Below, in pieces: positions 54,309 through 63,069 of a DNA stretch of 64,000 nt. Under the pieces are notes generated by a model. That model worked only from the letters and a program-made list of their open reading frames with translations, was not told the origin of the DNA and did no database searches. Numbering within the stretch: position 1 is the stretch's first letter; every line of letters begins with the position of its first letter. Source of the stretch: Verrucomicrobiota bacterium (GTDB lineage: Bacteria; Verrucomicrobiota; Verrucomicrobiia; Verrucomicrobiales; V1-33); the NCBI GenBank assembly GCA_040386695.1, contig JAZKFB010000038.1:23157-87156 (forward strand), read 5' to 3'. The position numbers were made by a program, and so were the translations under genes.

Positions 54309-54370
54309 CCAATTAATTCAAATTGCTTTAAATGTCCACAAATAATACCGAAATTAATTCATTTTCCGGT
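54279..54370. promoter_or_regulatory. AT-rich divergent switch region with two AATTAATTCA direct repeats
   Basis: AATTAATTCA occurs at 54311-54320 and 54352-54361, 41 bp apart. This is the lowest-GC stretch of the prophage, between the Ner-like and XRE genes. Confidence 0.35.
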
Positions 54371-54826
54371 CGTCTGCGCTCATGCCTCAAAAAATTGAAC
54401 CTAAGTCAGCAAGCATTCGCGGACAAACTAGGCACCGCGCAGGGTACTGTCAGCGGCTGGCTGAATCGTGGCTCCATCCCGCGAGGCGGCCTTCTAACTC
54501 AGATCGCTGATATACTGGAAGTGCATTCTGCCTGGTTGGTTTACGGGACGGGGCCAATGGAAATTGACAATTCACCGCACTCCACGGAAGCCCAGCCTGG
54601 CCCAGCCGCCGAGTTCTCAATCAGCGAGGGCGGTCCTCCACTTCCATTCACGGCAACCATCCGCCGACTGTCTGGTTCGTTTGTGGACATGCCGCGCGGG
54701 TCCGTGCTGCTGTTCCTGGGCAATGTGCTGAGGAACCCGGAGCACGATCTTTCCCACGGCAGTTACATGCGGGGACTGCTCGCTGAGGGCGTGGACTACC
54801 TGACTGAGCTGGAGGGAAAAGATTGA
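54332..54826 (+). CDS. XRE-family phage repressor
   Basis: 164-aa ORF with HTH LSQQAFADKLGTAQGTVSGWLNRGSIP. No S24 peptidase motif was seen. Confidence 0.7.
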   Translation: MSTNNTEINSFSGRLRSCLKKLNLSQQAFADKLGTAQGTVSGWLNRGSIPRGGLLTQIADILEVHSAWLVYGTGPMEIDNSPHSTEAQPGPAAEFSISEGGPPLPFTATIRRLSGSFVDMPRGSVLLFLGNVLRNPEHDLSHGSYMRGLLAEGVDYLTELEGKD

Positions 54827-54878
54827 CAGGCAAAAGGGTCAGGAGTCTTATTTAAGTTGCGATTAAGCAACCACACTC

Positions 54879-55643
54879 ATGAAGCTGTCCTCTATTCTTG
54901 CCTGTCTTATTCTGCCCATGACTGCCCTGCACGCCGGGGAAAAGCTGGCGGTGCTAAAATTGAAGGATGGCACGGAATATAAAACGGTGGAGATCACCGG
55001 GGTGAATGCCAAGGGCCTGCGTATCCTGCACAATGACGGGGCGGCAAACGTGGCGATGGATCAACTGCCCGACGCCCTGCGGATCAAGTATGAAGCCGCT
55101 CAGAAAAAGGCCGGTGCGGATGCGGCCACTGCTGAAGCGGAAGCCAAAGGGAAAGCTGAGGCGGAAGCGAAGGCCAAGCCTGTCACTGCGCCAGCACCTG
55201 CCGCTGCCGCACCTCAGGCTCCCGCTGGAAATGCGCCTCCCATGCCCGCCGCCGCCAAGGGCGCGCCAGCCGCCGCGCCCTTGCCTCAAATCGTCACGGG
55301 GAAAGTCTATGGCTTGGCCGAGGTGATGGCCGACCTTCATAAGCTCGACGGTAAAATCGTGAAGGTGGAGGTAATCCCCAACACGGCCAGCAAGATCGAA
55401 TCCATTGGTGCCGGGATGTATCAGATCTTCGTCGGTGATCCCTTCGCCAAGGACGACAGCGACTATGTCTTCATGAGTTTCCCCGAGGAAGGCCGCAGAA
55501 AAATTGAAACCCTGCTTCGGGGAAAAAGGGGCAAGATGACCTTCTACATGGAAGTCCACCCCGATGGGAACCCGAAGATTCATGCCGTGGGACGCAGCAC
55601 ATCCAGTGGCGCGCCGGGCAAGCCAATCACCATCACTTGGTGA
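54879..55643 (+). CDS. Secreted protein co-oriented with the repressor (moron candidate)
   Basis: 254-aa ORF with signal peptide MKLSSILACLILPMTALHA and an Ala/Pro/Lys-rich linker. It is followed by a strong terminator. Confidence 0.55.
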   Translation: MKLSSILACLILPMTALHAGEKLAVLKLKDGTEYKTVEITGVNAKGLRILHNDGAANVAMDQLPDALRIKYEAAQKKAGADAATAEAEAKGKAEAEAKAKPVTAPAPAAAAPQAPAGNAPPMPAAAKGAPAAAPLPQIVTGKVYGLAEVMADLHKLDGKIVKVEVIPNTASKIESIGAGMYQIFVGDPFAKDDSDYVFMSFPEEGRRKIETLLRGKRGKMTFYMEVHPDGNPKIHAVGRSTSSGAPGKPITITW

Positions 55644-55670
55644 TTGCAGACTGCACACGTCTGTCATTTA

Positions 55671-55706
55671 AAAGCCCGCCCGGGCCTTGTGCCGGGCGGG
55701 CTTTTG
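55671..55706 (+). terminator. Intrinsic terminator (potentially bidirectional)
   Basis: AAA-AGCCCGCCCGG-GCCTTGTG-CCGGGCGGGCT-TTTTG: an 11-bp GC stem with a T-tract, plus an upstream A-tract. Confidence 0.75.
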
Positions 55707-55769
55707 CGTGGCTGGCAAAAGGGCACTGACACCGCTGACCCTTTTCGTGCGGGGGAATGATGGCGGGGC

Positions 55770-56222
55770 ATGGTGGCGGACTGCCAGAACATGTCCGCCA
55801 TCGCCTCCACCTTATCCGCCGCCCTCTCCGGGACCTCCTACATCACCGTGCCCGCCGCCGGGCTGGCGGTGGTCAGCACCATGCCCGCTGATGCCCTGCC
55901 GGATCCGGTGCGCGCGGCGGTGTGGATTCTGGGCGGCCTCGCGTTCCTGGCCACCGTCGCCAAGAACCTGACCCAGCTGGCGGCGGTGGCCAAGGGGCTG
56001 ATGGGACTGCCGATGGAGCAGCGCCCCGGCGACCGGCCGGAACTGTTTGTGACGCGCAAGGAGCTGGAGGCCTGCATCACCCGGATCGAAAAGAAGGTGG
56101 ACCGCAACCACGAGACGCACCGCAGGGAGATGCGGGATCTGACGGCCACCATGCACACCTGTCTGCGGGACATGTCCCAGGGACTCGCCCGCCTGGAGGG
56201 CGCGATCAGCCACAGCGGCTAG
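55770..56222 (+). CDS. Membrane plus coiled-coil protein, Mu gp25/DUF2730-like (tentative)
   Basis: 150-aa ORF (possibly starting at MSAIAST). One TM segment (AAVWILGGLAFLATVA), then RKELEACITRIEKKVDRNHETHRREMRDL. Confidence 0.4.
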   Translation: MVADCQNMSAIASTLSAALSGTSYITVPAAGLAVVSTMPADALPDPVRAAVWILGGLAFLATVAKNLTQLAAVAKGLMGLPMEQRPGDRPELFVTRKELEACITRIEKKVDRNHETHRREMRDLTATMHTCLRDMSQGLARLEGAISHSG

Positions 56223-56243
56223 CCAGTTTCCCCACCATCCGCC

Positions 56244-56510
56244 ATGGCCGACACCTCCAACCTTATCCGCCGCGAGGCTCTGCGCTTCCTCTGCGAGCGG
56301 CACGCGCTGCCGCACGCTCTCACCGCCATCACCGCCGGGCTGCGCCGCGCCGGGGTGGACACCACGCAGGACCTGACCACGGAGGCGCTGGACTACCTGA
56401 CGGAAAAGGCGTGGGCCAGACGCAATCCCCCGGCCTTCGGCGGCGGCATCGCCGCCAGCACCTGGAAGGCCACCGCCAGCGGCAAGGATCAGAACGACGA
56501 AAGCCCATGA
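56244..56510 (+). CDS. Phage hypothetical protein
   Basis: 88-aa ORF. Confidence 0.35.
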   Translation: MADTSNLIRREALRFLCERHALPHALTAITAGLRRAGVDTTQDLTTEALDYLTEKAWARRNPPAFGGGIAASTWKATASGKDQNDESP

Positions 56511-56680
56511 CCACCCGCGCCGCCCGACTCCGCCCGCCCACCTACGCCGGAAGCAGCCGCCACTGGCGGGACTGTGAGCGCGTGCGCCGCCAGCGCCGCG
56601 CGGACCTGCTGCGGCTGGCGTTTCTCGTGGCGGTGGTGATCGCCGCCGCCCTCTCCCTGACCGGCTGCCCCCATGGCTGA
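56507..56680 (+). CDS. Small membrane protein (possible spanin/lysis accessory)
   Basis: My own reading from ATG 56507: MTTRAARLRPP...LLRLAFLVAVVIAAALSLTGCPHG, overlapping both neighbours. Confidence 0.3.
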   Translation: MTTRAARLRPPTYAGSSRHWRDCERVRRQRRADLLRLAFLVAVVIAAALSLTGCPHG

Positions 56681-56837
56681 CACCGCCACCGTCACCGCCG
56701 ACCGGCACTGCCGGGAGGGGCGGCCCGCGCAGGCCGCCGAGTGTCTGGAGCGAGGGAAGCAATGCGCCGCGCTGGCTGATTTTATTTCAAACCTGAAACC
56801 CCTCCCTGACAAAAACCGCGAACCCGAATCCTGACCC

Positions 56838-57086
56838 ATGACCAAGTTTCTCACCATCATTCTCCCCTGGCTGTCCCGCCGTCTGCTGGCCGGAGTGGCC
56901 GCCGTGGGCGTGATCATCGGCGCGCCGCCGGAGGGCAACCAGAACGTGACCGCGTTCCTCACCGCCGCCCTCATCTTCACCGCCGAGTGCCTGCAAAAAT
57001 GGATCATCCTCCAGTGGCAAAAGCGGCGCGGGGAAACCACGCCGCCCCCGGCCAGCCCCGGCGATGCCGCGGGCCTGACGCCCTGA
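56838..57086 (+). CDS. Two-TM small membrane protein (holin-like by shape only)
   Basis: 82-aa ORF with LLAGVAAVGVIIGA and VTAFLTAALIFTA hydrophobic segments and a charged tail. Confidence 0.35.
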   Translation: MTKFLTIILPWLSRRLLAGVAAVGVIIGAPPEGNQNVTAFLTAALIFTAECLQKWIILQWQKRRGETTPPPASPGDAAGLTP

Positions 57087-57115
57087 CATTTCTTTTCCCC
57101 TCACGCCACCGCCCC

Positions 57116-57460
57116 ATGTTCCTCGCCGCCCAGACTTTTTCCAACACACAGCCCCCCATCGCCCCGCCCGTCGCCGGGCCGCAGGCGGGCGACACCCCGG
57201 ACATGCTGCTGGCCAAGATCGGCCATGTGCTGGCCGGAGGCAGCGGGTGCAGACGGTTCAGCGACACCGCGCCCCATGCCTATCCCATGCTGGGATTTTA
57301 CTGTCTGACGGAGACGGTGATCGCCTCCGCCACCGGCCTGCCCGGCTATGACTACGATGCCAGCGTCAACGCAACGGCGCTGCCCGCTGGCAGTCTGTGG
57401 CCGTTCCGGCTGGCCACGGTCACCCTCACCAGCGGTTCCATCCTCGCCATCAAAGCCTGA
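57116..57460 (+). CDS. Phage hypothetical protein preceding the fibre-like genes
   Basis: Internal ATG 57116 (MFLAAQTFSNT...), 114 aa. Confidence 0.4.
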   Translation: MFLAAQTFSNTQPPIAPPVAGPQAGDTPDMLLAKIGHVLAGGSGCRRFSDTAPHAYPMLGFYCLTETVIASATGLPGYDYDASVNATALPAGSLWPFRLATVTLTSGSILAIKA

Positions 57461-57475
57461 CCGGCACCCGCTGCA

Positions 57476-59476
57476 ATGCCCTACGGATTCGGTTTCTCCT
57501 GGACGATGGCGGCGTTGCGCCGTCACGGAGCCACCAGCACGCCCGCCACCATTTACGGGCCGGCCTATCCCGGCGCGGTGATCACCAGCAGCGGGGACTT
57601 CGGCTGGAGGATTGCCGCCCTGACCGGGATTTACCGTGGCGCGCTGCTCAACCGCGTGCCGGACAACCACTGGTATATCAACGACGTGGACACGGGGGAG
57701 AGCGGCCCCACGTTCACGGTGCCGCTGGACGCCGTGGGGGGCGACGTCATCCGGCGCGGCATCCACTCCAATGAGCTGACCGTCATCGCCATTGACGCCC
57801 CCACCATCCACGGTCCGGCCTTTGCGGGATCCACTCTCACCCGCTCGGGGGAATTTGCCTGGATCATTTCCGGAACGCCTGTCCCCGGGGCGGTGATCAG
57901 CCGCATCCGCAACAACGAGTGGACCATCAACGGCGTGCCCACCGGCAGCACGGACGATGAGTTTGTCTGCCCGGGCACTCTCGCCGCCGGGGATCTGGTG
58001 CGCTGCGGGAACTCCGTCAACACTCTGATCGCGGAGGGCGAGGGCGGGATCTACGCCGCCTGGGGTCTCCGCGCGCTTGTCCCCGACCACACCGGTCCGC
58101 TGGTCCGCCTGCGCCGCAGCACGGACAGCAGCGAGCGCGACTTCGGCGGCACCGGCGCGGACGGCTGGGTGGACAACGCCGCCGTCGCCGCCTGGCAGGG
58201 GGCGGGCACGAACACGGTTGTCAAACTCCACGACCTGACCGGCCGGGGGCGGGACTGGACGCAGTCCGACAATAACGCCCGCCCTGTTTTTGTGCCCGAC
58301 GGCGCGCGCTCGCATGTGGCTTTCAGCGCCGGGCGGCACCTTGTGCCATCCGACGCGGGAATGCTGGACATGATGCGCTATGTGCCGGGGCTGACAGTGG
58401 GCGTGGTGATGCGCCAGCCCGCCAATCCGGCCGCCGGGTATGCGCCGGTCAGCGTCACGACCGGGGACTCCACCACCGCGCCCCGGATCGGGCTCAGCAT
58501 CACCACCGCCCGCGATGCGCGCTGGACCATGGTGGCCGACTGGGATGAGGCGGCGGCCTCCTCCACCGCCCTGGTCAGACTGGACGACGACTGGCACACG
58601 CACCTGGTGCAGGCCGATGCCATCCAGGCCGGCATCCGCGCCACCATCGACGGATCGGCCAGCGCCTCCGGCTTCAGCCAGGCGGCCCGCACCCGCAACA
58701 GGCCCAGCCTTGCCGCCCGCCTGAATGGCACCACCTCCGACACGGGGGGCGTCTGGGATTTCCGCGCCATGGTCATCCACCAGCGCGCGCTTCCCGATGC
58801 GGATGCCGCCGCCCTGACCGCCGGTCTGGACAGCCTGGACACGCTTTCCCTCCCCGCGCGGGGGATCATCCAGACTTACGCGGACATCCCCTCCACCGTG
58901 CACCCTTATGGGGATTCGATGACCCATAATCTGGGAGTCGCCGCGGTTGAGAAGTGGACCTCCCTCTGCGGATTTTACTGGGACAAATACCGCATGTTCG
59001 TCAACCGGGGGCTGGCGGGACAGACCGCCGACCAGATCAGCGCCCGCCTCCTGGCCGACATCACCGCAGGCAAAATCCTGTCCGGCGACCTCGTGATCTA
59101 TTACGCCGGGCGGAATGACCCTGACTTCGACAACATCATGCAGCGGACTGCGGATGTCGTCGCGGCGATCCCCGCAGGCGTGAATCTGGTTATTATCGGC
59201 TTCTGCAATGCGGTCTCCGAGAGCAGCGGGAATCCGAACTACGCCACCTGCCTCGCCGTCAACGCCGCGCTGGCCAGCACCTATCCTGACAACTATCTGG
59301 ACCTGCGCACCGCGTGGGTCAATTCCTACAATCCCGCCATCCCGCAGGATGTGATTGACCACGGACGCGACACCCCGCCCGCCTCCCAGACGCTCGACGG
59401 GCTCCACTTCAACCCCCTCGGGAACTCGATCGCCGCCGGGATCATCGCCCCGGGAATCATCGGGCTCGGTTACTGA
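57476..59476 (+). CDS. Fibre/tailspike-like protein with N-terminal repeat modules, a LamG-like middle and a C-terminal SGNH/GDSL hydrolase domain
   Basis: 666-aa ORF. SGNH blocks: HPYGDSMT (I), YYAGRNDP (III) and LDGLHFN (V). LamG-like: LVRLRRSTDSSERDFG ... WHTHLV. Two copies of a ~45-aa module (W.IN.V.TG....F.VP....GD.I.). Confidence 0.6.
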   Translation: MPYGFGFSWTMAALRRHGATSTPATIYGPAYPGAVITSSGDFGWRIAALTGIYRGALLNRVPDNHWYINDVDTGESGPTFTVPLDAVGGDVIRRGIHSNELTVIAIDAPTIHGPAFAGSTLTRSGEFAWIISGTPVPGAVISRIRNNEWTINGVPTGSTDDEFVCPGTLAAGDLVRCGNSVNTLIAEGEGGIYAAWGLRALVPDHTGPLVRLRRSTDSSERDFGGTGADGWVDNAAVAAWQGAGTNTVVKLHDLTGRGRDWTQSDNNARPVFVPDGARSHVAFSAGRHLVPSDAGMLDMMRYVPGLTVGVVMRQPANPAAGYAPVSVTTGDSTTAPRIGLSITTARDARWTMVADWDEAAASSTALVRLDDDWHTHLVQADAIQAGIRATIDGSASASGFSQAARTRNRPSLAARLNGTTSDTGGVWDFRAMVIHQRALPDADAAALTAGLDSLDTLSLPARGIIQTYADIPSTVHPYGDSMTHNLGVAAVEKWTSLCGFYWDKYRMFVNRGLAGQTADQISARLLADITAGKILSGDLVIYYAGRNDPDFDNIMQRTADVVAAIPAGVNLVIIGFCNAVSESSGNPNYATCLAVNAALASTYPDNYLDLRTAWVNSYNPAIPQDVIDHGRDTPPASQTLDGLHFNPLGNSIAAGIIAPGIIGLGY

Positions 59477-59496
59477 CAGCCCCACCACAAAAAATT

Positions 59497-60573
59497 ATGC
59501 CCAACGAATGGACCATCGACGGAGTCGGCACCGGAGTCACCACCGACACCTTCACCGTGCCTGACACGGTGGAGGAGGGGGACATCATCGAATGCCCTGT
59601 CAGCAATCAGCTCACCGTGCCCGCCCTCCCCGCCGCCGTCATCATCACCGGGACGCCCTACCCCGGGGAAACACTCACCAGCACGGCGGCCCAGCAGTGG
59701 TACTGCGACGACGTCGCCATCTCCGGACAAACCGCCGCCACCTATGTCGTCCGCCTCTCGGACATCGGCAAAGTCATCGGCCAGCGCGTCGTGCCCCAGA
59801 ACAAAACCATCTGGCATCCCCGGGACCTGCCGGGCGTGAATGGGGTCTACCTCGCCAACCTCGGGCTCCTGGACGCCAGCGGCAATCCCTGCGCCGACGG
59901 CGTGGCCGTGGCCACCTGGCAGGACCAGTCCGGCCTTGGTTATCACGCGGCCCAGGCCACCGCCGGACTCAGACCCCTGGCCCAGCTCGCCGAGGTCAGC
60001 GGCAACAATGTCGTCCAGTTCGACGGCACGGATGATTACCTGGCCCTCCCCTCCGGAGCCCTCGGGAATTTTCAGAGCAGGACGCACGGCTACCTGCTCG
60101 TTGCCGCCTCCGACACCAACCGCAGCGCGGGCGGCAGCACCCACCCGGTCGTCAATCACAACACCAGCGCCTCCACGGGGGCATACCGCATCTGCCTGGA
60201 AACGCGGGGCGGCGGGGATCTTGTCCGCGCCCGCGCAAAAACCCTTGATGCCGATGGCGCGACCAGCAGCTCCACCGCGTCCACCGACGGAGATTTTGTG
60301 CTTGGCGTGGAGGCCGACTGGGCGGCGGGAAAGGTCCGCCTGCGCAAGGACGGCACGTCCCCGGCTTTGGACGGCACTTTAACAAACTCGGGAACCACCT
60401 CCAACACCGCCGTGGCCGTCGCCTGGATCGGCCGTGGCGGCGCGACTTATTTCCCCGGCCGCATCGCGGGCATCATCACCGCCGCACCGGGCTCCGCCTG
60501 GACCGCCACCCAGCGCAGCCAGGCGGAGCGCTACCTCGGCCTGCTCATCGGCAAAAACATCCCTCTCGTATGA
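59497..60573 (+). CDS. Fibre-associated LamG-like protein
   Basis: 358-aa ORF. The N-terminal modules match those of the upstream gene (NEWTIDGVGTGVTTDTFTVPDTVEEGDIIECPVSNQLTV). LamG pattern: VVQFDGTDDYLALP ... YLLVAA ... GRIAGIIT. Confidence 0.5.
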   Translation: MPNEWTIDGVGTGVTTDTFTVPDTVEEGDIIECPVSNQLTVPALPAAVIITGTPYPGETLTSTAAQQWYCDDVAISGQTAATYVVRLSDIGKVIGQRVVPQNKTIWHPRDLPGVNGVYLANLGLLDASGNPCADGVAVATWQDQSGLGYHAAQATAGLRPLAQLAEVSGNNVVQFDGTDDYLALPSGALGNFQSRTHGYLLVAASDTNRSAGGSTHPVVNHNTSASTGAYRICLETRGGGDLVRARAKTLDADGATSSSTASTDGDFVLGVEADWAAGKVRLRKDGTSPALDGTLTNSGTTSNTAVAVAWIGRGGATYFPGRIAGIITAAPGSAWTATQRSQAERYLGLLIGKNIPLV

Positions 60574-62159
60574 CTCCAGCCCCCAACACTTATCAGATCA
60601 CGCTCTCCCGCAGTGACAGCGCCGTCAGACTGCGTCATTTCCGGGCCGCCCCCCTGCGCCTCCAGATCACCAGTCCGTGGGCGCTCAACGGCGTGCAGGA
60701 GCTGCGGGCCGAGATCCACACGCAGCGCAAACTGGCCGGGCAGCAGCCGCTGGCCACGGCCAGCGCGTTCAGTCCCACCGGATACGATGCCGTGATCGAT
60801 TTCGACTGGGAGCGGATGTGCCTGCCGCTGCGGGGGCAGAACACGCTGTCGTTTTCCCTGCTGATCCGCGCCATCCTGGCGGACGGCACGCCGGATGTTT
60901 ACGAGCTGGGCACGCTGGAAATCATCGGCAATCCCGCCAGTGACCTGGACCCGCCGGATGTGTCCCCTCAACTTTTCGCGAGCACGGCCGCGCTGTCCTC
61001 GGCAACGGCCTCCACGACCGCCGCCCTGGCGCTGAAGGCACCGGCGGCCAGCCCCACATTCACCGGCCCCGCCCGATTTTACGGGCAGATCCTCTTCGGC
61101 GACGTGTCCCCGAGCGACGCCCGGGTGACCATGCTGAGCCGGTCCTCGGCGGTCAACGGATTCAACGCCTGGATCCTAAAATCCCAGGGGGGCGTGGCCG
61201 ATGTCAACATTGATGGAGGGGCGATGGTGCACCACGATCACGGCTACGCGCTGACGCCCGGCTATGCCGGCGTATTCCAGGTCTATGCCCTGGCGGGAGG
61301 CCGGGGGACAGCGCTGGGGTGCAACAGCTTCACCGGGCTGGACGTGTCCCAGCCCTACACTATCCCGGAGAATCCGGAGGCCAACGGCAATGTGCGCTTC
61401 GAGTGCGGCCCGAGCTGGCCGAAGTCGGAGGCGGCCCGGTATAATAATGGAGGGGACTACCTCCATGGGTTCCGCGAGATTATCCAATTCGACGCTACGC
61501 AGGCGGGCAACATCGTCACCGCCACCAGCGGCAATGTGTTCACCCCGGTGATGGTTGGCAACTGGCTGGCCTGGAGCACGGGCAGCGCGGGCAAGGAGTC
61601 CTGCGTGGACCGCATCGTGGACTACCTGACCCCCACCACGGTGCGGGTGGAGCGGGCGCGGACCATCGCCAACCAGCGGGCGCGCTACGGCACCTACGGG
61701 GTGGATCTGACTCCGGCGGGCATCCTGCGCCAGACCGGTCCGGCCAATCAGCGCGTGCTCGACGCGCACAATGGGGCCGACCACGGCGCGCACCGTGTGC
61801 GGGAGTTTGCGCGCGGCATTGTCACCCCGGACGCCACACCCGCCATCCTCTACGGGCCGGAGGTGCTGGGGGATTACGTCCAGTTCTGGGAGATCACGGT
61901 CACCGCCTTGTGTGATAATCTCAACGACTACGCGATCCTGCGCCGCACCGTGCAGACCCTGCGCCTCAACGGCTCCAGCCAGATGGGACCGCCCGTGGTC
62001 ACCGGCACGGACATCAATACCGCCGGGCTCACCCTCTCCATCGCGTTCGTCGCCTCGCAGCTCCGCCTGACCGTCACCGGCCCCGGCGATGTCAGCACCA
62101 CCTGGACGGCGCTCTGCGTCTGCACCGAGGCCACCGTGATCCAACCCCCTGACACCTGA
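60570..62159 (+). CDS. Tail fibre protein
   Basis: 529-aa ORF with the classic fibre motif ALALKAPAASPTFTGPA. Overlaps the upstream gene by 4 nt. Confidence 0.55.
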   Translation: MTPAPNTYQITLSRSDSAVRLRHFRAAPLRLQITSPWALNGVQELRAEIHTQRKLAGQQPLATASAFSPTGYDAVIDFDWERMCLPLRGQNTLSFSLLIRAILADGTPDVYELGTLEIIGNPASDLDPPDVSPQLFASTAALSSATASTTAALALKAPAASPTFTGPARFYGQILFGDVSPSDARVTMLSRSSAVNGFNAWILKSQGGVADVNIDGGAMVHHDHGYALTPGYAGVFQVYALAGGRGTALGCNSFTGLDVSQPYTIPENPEANGNVRFECGPSWPKSEAARYNNGGDYLHGFREIIQFDATQAGNIVTATSGNVFTPVMVGNWLAWSTGSAGKESCVDRIVDYLTPTTVRVERARTIANQRARYGTYGVDLTPAGILRQTGPANQRVLDAHNGADHGAHRVREFARGIVTPDATPAILYGPEVLGDYVQFWEITVTALCDNLNDYAILRRTVQTLRLNGSSQMGPPVVTGTDINTAGLTLSIAFVASQLRLTVTGPGDVSTTWTALCVCTEATVIQPPDT

Positions 62160-62169
62160 CCGGTCCGCC

Positions 62170-62814
62170 ATGTCCAATCCTGGTAAGATAGGCCGAATGC
62201 CGTGGAACGTGAAGCGCGAGCTGCACGGGATGCTGCGTGACAGTGTGCCCGGCACGGAGATCCTGCGCTGGCTGAACACGCAGCCGGAGGCGGTGGCCGT
62301 GATCGACAAGCTCTGGAACGGCGCGGCGGTGACGCCACAGAATCTGAGCGACTACCGCAGCTCCGCCGAATACACAAAGTGGATCGACTCCCACACCCGG
62401 CTGGCGGCTAGCCAGGAGAAAAGCAAGTTCGTCCTGGGGCTGGCGGCGGAGGCGGGGCTGGATCTCATGGACGCGGCGGACGCCCTGGTGGTGAGCAAGC
62501 TGCTGGAGGATCTGGAGGACGCGGAAGGGGAGGACGCCATCAACCTGATGCGCACGCTGGCGTCCTTCCGCAAAGGCGGCAATGCCCGCGCCCTGCTGGA
62601 TGTGCGGCGCGAGGAGCTGAAGCTGAACATCAAACGCACCGAGCTGGACCGGGAGAAAATGGAGAAGCAGACGGTGGCCGCCTTCATGAAGTTCGCCCGC
62701 ACGCCGGAGGCGCAGTCCATCCTGGACAGTGGCAAACCCAAAGCGGTGCAGATGGATCTGCTCCATGCCCTGATGTTCGGGAAGAAACCATCCACCCCCG
62801 CCTCCCAGCCATGA
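62170..62814 (+). CDS. Small terminase subunit, Mu gp27/DUF3486-like
   Basis: 214-aa ORF. The N-terminal GRMPWNVKRELHGMLRDSVPGTEILRWLN matches the DUF3486 pattern as recalled. Precedes the large terminase. Confidence 0.55.
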   Translation: MSNPGKIGRMPWNVKRELHGMLRDSVPGTEILRWLNTQPEAVAVIDKLWNGAAVTPQNLSDYRSSAEYTKWIDSHTRLAASQEKSKFVLGLAAEAGLDLMDAADALVVSKLLEDLEDAEGEDAINLMRTLASFRKGGNARALLDVRREELKLNIKRTELDREKMEKQTVAAFMKFARTPEAQSILDSGKPKAVQMDLLHALMFGKKPSTPASQP

Positions 62815-63059
62815 CCTGCGGAAAAACGATTTACCCGGACAAGCGCGCCGCCGCCACGGCGCGCAATGCGTGGATGCACAGCCACCATAACCGGCCCGAC
62901 CATCTGCGCATCTATGCCTGCCGGTCCTGCAACGGCTGGCACCTGACCAGCAATCACGGCGGCACGGAGTGGGCGAAACATTCCCACCCGCACCACCGCC
63001 CGCACTACTGCCGCGCCCGGCTCAACCGCCGCCGCCACCACAACCACGATGACTCCTGA
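62811..63059 (+). CDS. Small Cys/His-rich (Zn-ribbon-like) protein
   Basis: 82-aa ORF with MTCGK..YP..RAA....N and IYACRSCNGWHLTS, plus a His-rich tail. Confidence 0.4.
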   Translation: MTCGKTIYPDKRAAATARNAWMHSHHNRPDHLRIYACRSCNGWHLTSNHGGTEWAKHSHPHHRPHYCRARLNRRRHHNHDDS

Positions 63060-63069
63060 CAAACCGATC

